Positions 26,387-37,867 of a DNA stretch of 64,000 nucleotides are shown one piece after another. A program made the translations under genes and the position numbers. The notes beneath the pieces were generated by a model. The model was not told the DNA's origin. It worked only from the letters and a program-made list of their open reading frames with translations, and made no database searches. Numbering within the stretch: position 1 is the first letter of the stretch; the number at the start of each line of letters is the position of its first letter. The stretch is from Chrysomallon squamiferum (Eukaryota; Animalia; Mollusca): contig CM022674.1 in assembly GCA_012295275.1 (NCBI GenBank), forward strand, positions 8,742,001-8,806,000, in the 5' to 3' direction.

Positions 26387-27463
26387 ATGTTGTCACAGTT
26401 GAATAAAAGAGAACTGTCAAACAAAGGTTACACTGTTATTAATAATGTTATAACTGAAGATGACTGCGACAAATACAGATCACAATACGAAAACTGGCTG
26501 GAACGGTTTAAAGATGGCGAGTGGCCAATTTCATTCCACTCTTTGATTCAACGCTATAGAATAGGCCATATGGAACCAACATGGGCAGTTCGTTTACAAA
26601 GCAAATCCATATTCGCCCAGCTATGGGAAACAAATAAACTTTTGTCAAGTTTTGATGCTATTGCCATAGGACGACCACCTGAAAGCGGAAAAGAGAAGTT
26701 CGCAAATGATCGGATCCACTGGTTACACTGTGACCAGAGCGCGGAAAGAGTTGGCCTGCACGTTTACCAGGGTGCTGTTTATTTGGAAGATGCTGAAGTG
26801 GACGACTGGACTTTTGAAGTCCTGGAAAGATCTCACGAACTGCATCAAAACTTCTTTGAAACTCACCATAAAGCGAAGATGCGGAGCATAGTGAATGGAT
26901 ATTACAATTTAACAGACACAGAAGTGGAATGGTATAAGAGCTTTGCAGAAGTTAAACGAAAGAGGATTCCAGTGCCTAAAGGCGGTATGGTTTTATGGGA
27001 TGCCAGACTCATTCACGCTAATGCCAGACCAATTGCTGGAAGGAGAAATCACGGGCGCTGGAGATTCGTTGTATTTGTTTGCATGGCTCCCGCTTCCTGG
27101 GCCAGTAAAATATACATCAAGGCAAAGCAAAACGCGTACTGCAATTTATTAATGACTTCACACTGGCCATGTGATGGAATTGAATGTTTTTTTGATGTCA
27201 GTGACAACCGGGCAGTAAAAAAAAGAAGTGTCTGTGAGTTGCCCGAGATAGCTAAAACTGTCGAAGCTAAACAACTGGCTGGCGTTTTACCCTATGAAGT
27301 ATCTGGAAGTGGGTCTGGACAAACAGAACTGAAGTTTCCCAAACCAGAATGGATTGCAGGAAGTAAAGAGTGGAAAAACCAACACAAAGACAAAAGAAAA
27401 ATAATGTTATTTATTTGTTGTTTGTTACTTGTGTGTGGCTTCGTTCATGCGTGGATAAACTAA
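26387..27463 (+). CDS. Phytanoyl-CoA dioxygenase (PhyH)-like 2-oxoglutarate/Fe(II) dioxygenase, single coding exon, C-terminal TM anchor
   Basis: 358 aa uninterrupted ORF. N-terminal KGYTVINNVI, HxD motif WLHCDQS, YQGAVYL, VLERSH, VPKGGMVLWDARLIHAN (third iron ligand) and a downstream Arg (WRFVVFV) are typical of PhyH-fold enzymes. Hydrophobic tail IMLFICCLLLVCGFVHAWIN follows basic KDKRK. Splice acceptor 7 nt upstream of the ATG. Confidence 0.85.
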   Translation: MLSQLNKRELSNKGYTVINNVITEDDCDKYRSQYENWLERFKDGEWPISFHSLIQRYRIGHMEPTWAVRLQSKSIFAQLWETNKLLSSFDAIAIGRPPESGKEKFANDRIHWLHCDQSAERVGLHVYQGAVYLEDAEVDDWTFEVLERSHELHQNFFETHHKAKMRSIVNGYYNLTDTEVEWYKSFAEVKRKRIPVPKGGMVLWDARLIHANARPIAGRRNHGRWRFVVFVCMAPASWASKIYIKAKQNAYCNLLMTSHWPCDGIECFFDVSDNRAVKKRSVCELPEIAKTVEAKQLAGVLPYEVSGSGSGQTELKFPKPEWIAGSKEWKNQHKDKRKIMLFICCLLLVCGFVHAWIN

Positions 27464-28895
27464 ATTTTTGTTATAAATGACCTGACTCTATTACATACAA
27501 AACAATCTTAAGATTGTAAATCCAAAATGGCACCTTCCACTACAGTGAAATATTCATCGTGTATTACACTTAGCGGTGCATTTTAGATGCAAATCACTTT
27601 GAATAGCCCTAGAATTTTCTATTCCACCTATCTTATCGTTTTCTGGCACGAAAGCGTCGCATGTATATATGTGTTTATTTATCGTGAATTAATTTTACGT
27701 AGTAACAACACATGGTAACTAAATACTTTTCTGTATTTTCGGTCACTGAATAAATAAATAATTTTTTAAAAGAAAAATAATAATAATTTAAAAAAAAAAT
27801 TATAGGACAGAACTGTATTTACTTCAATAAACGACTTTTTATTTATATTTATATATTGTTCGAAGTTACTTTTTTAGTGTTTAACTGTTGGTTTAGATTT
27901 TAGGACACTTTTTTGAAAAGGGTTTTCATAAAAAAAATATATATATATATAAAATAAATAAAATAAAATGAAAAACATAATAAATTTACAAAAATAATAA
28001 AAATAAATAAATAAATTGTTGTTTTTGTGTAGTGACAGTAAATATGCGGGAATCTACTACTGTCGAATGCGGTGAGTGGATAAGACCTAATAAATACATG
28101 CACACATCGCTAAATCAACACTAGCTGGGAAAAAAAACCACCCAAAAGATACGTGCTTGAAGTAGCAATGCTAACAGCCGCTAGGGTAGCCCATTACCTT
28201 TTTCTTTTCTATCTTTTTTTTTTTTTTTTGCGATGGCGAAGTCCCAACCTAAAAATCTTACGCTTAAAATTTACTATATGTTTTAAACAACACTGAGATA
28301 AAATATTAGTTTATTTTCTTTGGGAAATGTCTTGAAAGACGTAATTGAAAATCGTAAAATTAAGCGAAAGACGGAAATAAATTATAAAAACAACTTAATA
28401 AAAAAGGTAATAAATCAGAAAAAACGAAAACGATCGATTACGCTGAATAGATTATGTAAATAGAACGTTTAGAAGTATCTTTTTTCATATTCTGCCTTGT
28501 ATTTTACAAATAACCTCCGAATTTATTGCTTAATAGCAATTTGAAGTGAAGTGATAGTGCCCGATTCATGAAAAATAATCACCTGAGGAGCGACAACTCT
28601 ATATGTTTGTCTGTACTGGTAAAGAACAAAATAAATGAAAAATTACTTATTCACGAACCACAACTCTTACTCAGGAATTATCTCTTCTTGATCTATAAAT
28701 TGAAACAGGCCCGATACATAATGTTTAACCCAGTAAGTCTACCTCTTTTAAGATCTTCATAAAAAGAACGCAGAAGGCCACGGCAACATGTGTATGTAAA
28801 CCCATAATCAAAAGAAATTTTACCATTGTAAAACAGAAATTTCAGAAAATTTGAAGAACAAACTGAAACTCATTGAATGAAAAAGCAAAAATAAA

Positions 28896-28926
<31 letters not shown>

Positions 28927-28979
28927 TGAATAATAAAAATAAATAAATAAAAGTAAAAAATAAAAAAACTGAAAAAAAA

Positions 28980-29203
28980 CCCAGTCCAATCATAAGAAGA
29001 CAAAACATTTATAGTTATCTGAGATAGAACAAGCCGACAGATGACAATGGTTAACCAGACCTCTTTAGTGCTTGCAAAGGCTCCCGAACAGTTCCAACTT
29101 CTGGGTCCCAGAAATGTATGTGTAGGTCAGATACTGCATGTGTGTGTGAGAAATGAATGTTAAAAAATATTAAATCATTAAAAAGAAAAAAAAAAAAAAA
29201 AAA
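28980..29203 (+). mobile_element. Possible SINE/retroposed fragment with poly(A) tail
   Basis: GC-richer ~200 bp island in AT-rich DNA ending in a long A run (29180-29203), with an internal palindrome TTCTGGGTCCCAGAA. No clear A/B boxes or TSD. Confidence 0.3.
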
Positions 29204-30309
29204 AGAAAATTGCATTTTAAAAATTATTTAAAAAACAAAAACAAAAAAAAATAATAAAATCCTCAGATCGTATATTTATTTGCAACAGTAACAATCATTT
29301 GTCTGTTTAATTTCAGTCATAAATCACTGCTAAATTAATATTTGTTTATAGATAATTTAGTGGATTTCCTATTCACTGATACAAACAAAATTATTCAAAG
29401 TCTGCAATTTCTACAATGATTTTTTATTTATATATTTATTTATTCATTTGTATTTTATTTATTTTATTATTATTATTTCTTTCTTTCATTCATTTTTTTT
29501 TGTTAATTAACCATTAAATAGAATTATATTAATAATGACAACACAAAAATCATGAAAAAGTATGATTTATTATAAAATGTAAGCTTTTTGTTTTAAATAA
29601 AATATCAAAAAAACTGGACACAAAAAGGGTATATTCTGTTTAAGACAAAATGTATCTATTCAGTATATTACTTGAAAAATTAACAATATACCCTGTTTAT
29701 AATTAAAACATTTTGTCTTGAAAATTTGTAATGATTACGTGCTGTATCATTCCAGACTTGCTGTTTTTGGATAATTTGTAGATATGTCATAAACGTAATA
29801 TATATATGTATTCAAACAATAATATATACCTGTACCAGCAGGTATCTAAATCAAAGATTACTGCATAAAAATATAAAAAATTTAAGAACATTTCCTTATA
29901 ATTAAACAAAATCTTCCAGTGTATTAACAGAACAATGTAAGTGATGACACAGTAAAACAATCACTACTGAGATTGTTAAAACAAGTGTTAAAAAATAAAG
30001 ATTAAAATGTTAATAATAAAATACTGAACAGCAAATAAATTGGAACAGAGATATCACAGATGCTAAGACAGTAATATACAGACTCAGAGTTGTGTTTACA
30101 AATGAAAAGACCAGTTGAAAATTAAAGTGTTACTTTATAGTTAGCCATTAATGATTTAATTATTAAATGTCTACAGATAAAGAATAATTTTTCAATTTCA
30201 TACTATAATTAAACAAAATTAATTAATAGCGTTTCTTCATTAATTATAAGTAACAGTGTTAATAACCAAAATTCACATTAAGATATACTTTTATACAGAT
30301 TTTATGAGC

Positions 30310-30347
<38 letters not shown>

Positions 30348-30558
30348 AAAGTAACAGTTCAAGCAATGTCAGTTTTGAGACTATTATCTCAGCTGTCTTA
30401 CTCAGTCTAAGAATATTTTGAAATTTAAATTCCAATCTCATAAGAAATTAATCTGATTGTCATTGTTAAGAGAAATCTGGCTTGTATTAACAGACTGGTA
30501 CAAAAAATATCTGCATGTTGGATTTATTTTCTGACAGTAAATATAACATCACAATTCA

Positions 30559-33500
30559 CTAAGTAATAACACAACCACTGCTATTGTCATCTGGTTCTTC
30601 AATGTCATCAGAGTCAAGTTTTGGAATTCCATCTAGCATTTTTAATCTTGGCAAAATCTGAAACACTCTGCAAAAGAAACATACACTGATAATTATATCT
30701 TTAAATAACAAAATAAATCAGTCCAAAACTATTTCACTGATAAATTCTAAAGAAAAAGTTGTTTCCAAAAATAACAATTGTGTAAAAATTATTATTTTTT
30801 AAATAAACTTTAATATGTAACTGCAATTATTAAAGAAAAATAATCATATTAATTCTAAAAGAAAGGCTATGAAAGAATTTGTAAAGTAAAAATTATAATA
30901 ATGATGTGGTAATATTTATACTTTCAACATTTTATCATTAGCAGAGTCTGGTAATTAGCTACAAATAAAACAGCCAATATTCTAAAACATTTAAAGTTGA
31001 CAAAAATCATGGTTTGTTTTCTGGGCTGGTTTTAACTTTTTTTACAAATAATATCTATAATTACTGTACTCTGTGGCAGAGTAAAATTATACCTTAATCA
31101 CCAAACCATATTATTAATACCTGTGTCTATATCCTGGAACAAAGCTGATTGGATTCCCAGTTAAATAAAGTTCTTCAAGACATGATGATCTAAACCGCTT
31201 CAGTCCATCCAGGTTTCCAATGCTGTTTATTTCCAAAAGAAGAAATTTTATCTGTGGTAATTTTGGCAGACTCTAAAAAATATTAAGATTTATTTTATAC
31301 ATTATAAATTATGATTTTTTTTTTTATCTTGAAGGTGTAGATTATAGGAAAGGCACAAACATGATATATATCCAAAGAATAATTAAGTTTGATATTAAAG
31401 ATTTCTTCTTACCTTTCAACAGTAGTTAAATATTTTCTTATTTTATTTCATTATGTTTCATATTTCTTCAGCTAGTTGAGTTAAGTATGTTGCTATCAAG
31501 CAAGTTTTAATCTCAGCTTAATGAAAGTAATAATAAAATAAAATATAATTTTCTTGCCAGTTTTAAAGGGCTTCTATTTTTCTTTTTTTAAATAATTTTT
31601 TTTTAAAATACCATCATATGACAAATAACTGTTTTCATTAAAGAACAACATACCTTAAATGATGCAATGAAGTTGTTATTCAGATTTAGAAACTCGCATC
31701 TACAATAAAAAAATTAATATAAAAACATAGTCTACTCATAAGCTAGAAAAATAATATTGTTTTTTCTAAAGTATTACCTTATACTATGAGCATTTTTCTT
31801 TTTATGATTATTTAGAAATTCTAAATGTTACAGATTACTGCTGATTTACTAAACTAAAATCAGCTGATGGAATTAAAAAGAATAATTATTAGATAAAAAT
31901 ATAAAGCATGTTTATTTTTGATTCTTACTTAGGAAAAGTAAAATTGCTCATGTCAGTGATAAAGTTGTGTGGAAGATCAAGGTATACAACTTGTTTCAGT
32001 CGGCTCAGAATACGATTCATGTTATTCAGTTGATAGTTATCACTGAGTTCTTGATAAGACAAAGTGAGACGCTGTAAGATAAATTAAATTAAAGTAAGAT
32101 TACAGAATCTAAAAACAATAAATGAAGTTGATTTTTAATCAAGTTATTTTGTAATTTTATTTCTAGTTCTTTATTCTGTGCATAGGAATTTTTTTTAAAT
32201 TAAAAGAAAATGTTGTTTTACTGTTTATATTTCAACAAATTTAATCCTGAAATATAATTTACCTTGCAAGACTCCCAATTTTCCATTTCAATCATGTGTT
32301 GTATTTTTTCTTTTCCTGCCATTGAATGATGCACAGGGTTATTTTCCTCATCAACAACCTTATCAAGAATTTTTTCTTCTTCAAAAGGAGCTGTATTTAG
32401 AAACAAAAACCATCAAAATATTTTTGTTGTATATAAATAATTATTAAAAATAAATTGTATGAAAAAAAGTTATGTACACTAATACTTGCAGTGACAAAGC
32501 AAACAACACAAAAACAATTTGGAACCTTTTTAAATTTAAAAACAAGAATTTCTAAAATGATGTGTGTACATCAAGAACCTTCAAAAATCTTTATTTTTAA
32601 ATATTACTAATGGTTTTTTTCCCTGTTATTTCTTTTCTAGATTAACTGGTAAATTACAATGAACAACAACAATCCTATTGTTAAAAATAATCAGAAGAAG
32701 TTGAAGGATAAAGATTACAGCAAAAAAATAAAAACATGAAGGAGAAGAAGTGATAAATTCAAGCTATTACAGTTTATCAATTTACCTTTCCTAACTCTTG
32801 GAGCCTTCAACTGGTTTCCTTTCACTTCCACATATCTTAAGTCATGCCACACACTGTACTTGAATTTTGCAGATGGTAGCTGAAAGTTAAAGATAAAATG
32901 GATTTATTGATGCTTACAAATATGGGAAAAGAAAAAGTTAAAAAAAAAAAAAAAAACATTAAAGTTAAAAATGTTATTAAAGAAAACAAAAATGTATATG
33001 AATAAAGAAAATTTGGTTGAGTAGAATGAACAGTCATGTAAAATTTCAGCTGTCAATTTCTAGAATAAACCATACATAGATAACTTCAATGACTGATTTT
33101 TTAGCAGAATACGTTTGTTGTGAGTGGAATACAAATTACTTTAGAAGGTTCTTATCATTTAAAAATTCATTATTGAACTAAGTGAACCTCAGGTATTGCT
33201 TGCTGCTGCTGTCTAAACAAATCAGATTGCTGAATTAATGAGACTACAGTGAGTGGCACAGTGCTCTGTCCAAAATCATCTGATATTTCTGTCTGGTTTG
33301 TTTCTCTCGTAGCCTTCGTTTCATCTGAACTGGCTATGCTGATGTCAGTCACAGAAAAACTGTTTTAAAATAAGTAATAAAATGTAATAATGAATAAATT
33401 TAATTAATAATATCTTTTTTTTTTTTAAATGATACAAAATTAATGAAAATATGTTTCATAATACACTTTAAAGAGTGTGTTGTTCATATTTTAAAATGAT

Positions 33501-33915
33501 TAATATTTTTTTAATCACTATATTTAATATAAAGATACTTAGATAGCTATTGCTGTTTAAAAATGTAAGGTGCATTCACACTGTTTTTACGTTACTTTGA
33601 CAATTTTCAATAATTTTAATCAATGTAAATGCTTTTATTTATTCTCATGTTATTATTATAATTATTATATCGATCCCTTCATCATGCTCATGTTCATGAA
33701 CCCTTAAACCTATATCAACATCTGTATTTTGTAGTTTTATTATGCCAAGACCTAAATCGATCTTCAGAAAAAAATGGAAATATCTATAACCAATTATCTT
33801 CTAGTCTAAATCGTGTCCGACCTTGTCTGAAATATAATCTTGCTGTCACTTCTATGAATGAAATAAAAACAATCGTAATTAAAATAAGTGACATCAATTA
33901 CCTTGAGTCTGCCAT
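30559..33915 (-). CDS. Uncharacterised leucine-rich-repeat protein (SDS22/U2A'-like LRRs + LRRcap), ~285 aa, C-terminal CaaX (CVIT)
   Basis: Frame-consistent exons 33915-33902, 33359-33188, 32879-32786, 32390-32263, 32071-31929, 31699-31654, 31272-31121, 30667-30559 (858 nt). LRRs: LTLSYQEL, VYLDLPHNFITDM, EFLNLNNNFIASF, KFLLLEINSIGNL, EELYLTGNPI. LRRcap YRHRVFQILPRLKMLDG. Ends DDNSSGCVIT*. Confidence 0.85.
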
Positions 33916-33989
33916 CTATCTATTCTGTCTTCACAGCTGCAAATTATAGAAAAACTATACACAATATATTTTGTCATACACATTTCTTC

Positions 33990-34110
33990 GTACACTTGTC
34001 ATATATGCGCCATATTGTAAACAGGTGCGTTACTTCCTATAACCCAATTCCATGGTGACATATTCGTGACATTTCAGCTATTTCCGGTTCATGGTCGGAA
34101 ATACGAATTT
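33990..34110. promoter_or_regulatory. Putative promoter of the LRR gene (YY1-like GCCAT, RFX half-site, ETS)
   Basis: CGCCATATT at ~34007; CCATGGTGAC at 34050-34059 (GTCACCATGG on minus, X-box-like half); TTCCGG at ~34082; all about 90-170 nt upstream of the ATG. Confidence 0.35.
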
Positions 34111-34884
34111 CTAGCATAAGTTTTCTTTAGTCTGGACTAACACCTAACAAAAGTGAATTAATTATTACAGTGTTCAAAAGCCACAATAATAAGTAATTTT
34201 GAAAAAATATATTCACAACAAAATATTTTGTATTCTGCATTGAAAGAAATATTTCAAAAATTATTTAAAGACAACGGTCATACTGTTTAAGACTAAGAGG
34301 CGAGAGCACACAGTTTCATCATATCATCGTAAACATTATTGAAACTGTTTCAGTTTCGTTTCGTCTCGTCTCACATAAATCTATTCATCGATAATAAACA
34401 TTTGTCGATTTTGACTTTTAACTTTAAAAACATATTGAGAGTATAAAATAACTCCTGAACTCTGACTTTCGATAATCCAGCATACAAGTTCTTTCAGTGA
34501 GCTGAACAATTAACATTTTATTATTCTTTGAGTTTCGAACAGAACATTAAATAGATTTTCTTTAACTATCAGTTTATAAAATAAAAATCCAATACGACTT
34601 TTGTTATTGTAGTTTGTTTTGCTTTGTTTTTATTAATTCCTGTTAACTGTTTAGTGAACTGTCTGTAATGTTAATTTCATTAGGTTTAGCCTGAAATCCG
34701 AATTGTTCATTAATTTGTGATAGGATAACATTTATGATAAAATTAATGACATGTAAATTCGGATAGACTGAAAAGACATTAAATAAGTAAATAAAGGTAT
34801 ATCGAGACATTTTTATTTTTTATAGGGGCTCGCATAGGACAAACAGAAAAAAAAGAGAGAGAGAAAACAAAACAAAACAAAAGA

Positions 34885-34923
<39 letters not shown>

Positions 34924-35122
34924 CATAATCATAATAATTTAAAAAAAAAGAGGAATTTTGCCCATGCTAGGTCAATAAATTTTAAATGACATCGGTATTT
35001 GATTTTGAATATAAAAAAAATAATAAAAAATGAAAAAACAAAATCAATCCACCGTTTTTGTTTGTTTGTTGTTTTGTTGTTTTTTGTTTTTTAGTCCGTC
35101 GACAGACGAAATTCCAGAAAGG

Positions 35123-35175
<53 letters not shown>
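34885..35175. repeat. (AAT)n at 34885-34938 and (TAT)n at 35126-35175 microsatellites
   Basis: Read directly; the two tracts are in opposite orientation. Confidence 0.9.
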
Positions 35176-35177
<2 letters not shown>

Positions 35178-35289
35178 TTAATACATACATAGGGAAATGT
35201 ATTCCAATTAAGATCGATTAATAGTGCCTGAAAGACCTGACGAACGAAAAATTGTTCACTGGAGTTATCGTTCATGCTAAAATTGTTCG

Positions 35290-35380
35290 CTAGCCATATT
35301 TCAGCGCGGGAAGACTTGTAAATACGAAATCTATTATGTAGAGAAGAGAGCCGCAACATTGTACGTATTCTAATGTAAAT
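35290..35380 (+). promoter_or_regulatory. Putative TRAIP promoter/non-coding first exon with an E2F-like site
   Basis: GCGCGGGAA at 35304-35312 in a CpG-rich region; candidate donor GTAAAT at ~35375; acceptor TTTCAG ending at 35777, just before the ATG. Confidence 0.4.
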
Positions 35381-35616
35381 CACACAAATTTACATCGATT
35401 ATCCGAGACCATAGAATTAATCAGATATTTTGATTGATAATCCAATTTCAGTACCAGCGTCAATGAACTTTGAAATTTGATTATTCTGAATTCGATAAGG
35501 ATGACAATTGTGAATTGACATGTTCAGCTGTTGATCAATTAATTGAACTATTTATATTACTATTTGGTTTACTAAAATATATAGACCCTAATAGATATAA
35601 TGAAACCATCTTTGTT

Positions 35617-35619
<3 letters not shown>

Positions 35620-35698
<79 letters not shown>
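35620..35698. repeat. (CT)n microsatellite
   Basis: Read directly. Confidence 0.95.
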
Positions 35699-35701
<3 letters not shown>

Positions 35702-35793
35702 GAGTATGTAAATTAATCAATTGATAAAATGATAAACGTTTTTATCTTTTGTTTTTTAAACTTTAAATTTGTTTCAGAACTTGAAGTTTAATA

Positions 35794-37867
35794 ATGAGAG
35801 CTCAGTGTTGTATATGTGCAGACCAGTTTGAAAATGATGACAGTGTTAACATTGCTGCAGCACCATGTGGTCATACTTTTCATGAAATTTGTGTTATGCG
35901 ATGGTTGAAAACATCCAATTCTTGTCCACATTGTCGAACAGTTATTAACAAGAGTAAGGTTGGTGAAATGTTGTTTTATTCTCGATGAAAGAAATAAAAC
36001 TCCTCTTTTTTTAATATTGGCATGCGCGAAATGAGGTTAAGAGCTATAAAAGTATAAATATATATAATTTTTTTTCTTTCTGGGGATAAGTAAATCAGAT
36101 GTCTCCAGTTTGTAGTAATACTGAAGTGGACAATTTCTTAGAAGAAACTGCTTTTTCTTACTGCAGGCTGATCTGAAAATTTTAAAAAGCTAGAGTAAAT
36201 TAATAAGTTATGTTAAACCTTTTTTCAAAAATTCAGATGCTACTTAAAACATGTATCATAAACAGCTCTTTATATCTTTGTCAGATAAAGAATTTTTAAT
36301 CTATGTAAATATTTTAAATGATTATTTTGAATTTTCAGGTGATAAAAAAGCTGTACTTTGATATAGGAGATGAACCAACAACTGACAATGATTCAGCTAA
36401 ACTTGTCAACCAGTTATCAACTCTTAGAACAAAAATCTTGGAAAAGGAAAAAGAAAAGAGTGACCTTGAAGACACAGTGGGTGTATACATGCATAAAATA
36501 GAAGACTTTAAAGAAACCCTAAAGGGAGTCAGTCTACTGTACAAACAGGAGCAGAGCACCAGCAATGCTCTTCGTAAACAACTCTCTCTCTTCGAGTGTC
36601 AGCAGAGGGTGCTGGAAGCTGAAAAAAAACAATACAAAGAAGCTCAAAAGAAACTCCACACACTGAAAGATATAGAAATGTTATTAACAGGTAGTTAATG
36701 ATGTCCAATCAAACAGTGTAAACAAATTTTGTATATTTTCAAAATTTTCAAATAATGATATAGCCAAAATAGTCTCTAATTTTATATTAAGATATAACTG
36801 CTTTTAATGTCTGCAACAGCCTGATATATTTTACAAAAAATGTTTAAGTCTAAAAATATTGATTCTTTATTTGTAATATTTATTTAATTTATTTATTTTG
36901 TTTTGTAAAGGGCTATTGGCTGTTTTTTTGTTACCTTGCAACATTTTATTATTAGGACAGGCTAAGATACAATTATTTCAAAGCTAGAACATTTTATTTT
37001 TTAAAACAGGTTACAGTGCTAGTGCTACTGTTCATTTTAATTATTTTATTTTCAGGATGTGAGAGTGATACAGAAGAAATTATATCACAGTATGGAGAAG
37101 GTACTGAGGCATCAAAACAGTTGGCTAAATACTGTACAATTATCAAACGTGAATATGAAAAAGTGAAATCTGAGAAAAGAACTATAAAAGAACATTATGA
37201 GAAAGTGAGACGAGAACTGTTATGTAAAACTCACCTGTTGGAAGAAAGGTCAAAACAGCTAACTGCTGTTACAGAACAACTTAGACAGTCAGAAGAAGAA
37301 CTGACAAACTCTGAGAAGGAAAAAGACATTTTATATAAGAAGCTAAATAAATTGAAAAAAGCAATTTCCAGTCCGTGTGGAAGTTCAAGTTTTATAGAAA
37401 CACTGACTGAAGAAAGTCCTCTACTTAAAACTTCACAGAGTAAAATGCTGAAAGACCAGTCTGATGAAACAGAGCGACAGTTACAACTTTCTCCAGATCT
37501 GTTTGAAGACACTCCTAGAACCAAAGTCAAACGACACTGTGATGACAATAAAATTAAATTTGTCAAAATTAGCTCAGCGAGGGATAACAATGCAACAAAA
37601 AGACAAAAACTTGAAGTTGAGGATTCAAATAATTTGGCATACCTGAGTGGTTTAAACATCTTCAAGAAAAAATCTGGTACAAGTTGTGTCAGTGCTATAC
37701 GAGAGGGATATGATGGACTTGGAGGTCACACAACTTTCACACAGCCATTAGGACAGAGAAAATTTACTGTTTCAAAGAAATTACATTCACGATCACAACC
37801 TGCAAAGAAACTAAGTATGACAACCAAATGTCCACCCTTGCCAACAATGGATGGATTCCTATCCTGA
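35794..37867 (+). CDS. TRAIP: TRAF-interacting protein, RING E3 ubiquitin ligase, ~442 aa, 3 coding exons
   Basis: Exons 35794-35958, 36339-36690, 37056-37867 (1329 nt). N-terminal RING-H2 CCICADQF...APCGHTFHEICVMRWLKTSNSCPHCR followed by IKKLYFD, a coiled coil, the TRAIP motif GYDGLGGHT and a C-terminal PIP-like TMDGFLS. Confidence 0.93.

Noticed and set aside
31413-31517. Possible extra exon in the LRR gene (good donor at 31412)
   Set aside because: Contains stops, and the flanking exons already join in phase 0 (…ASFK|SLPKLPQ…).
34982-35720. ORFs with poly-I, poly-Y, (SL)n and (RE)n
   Set aside because: Translations of microsatellites.
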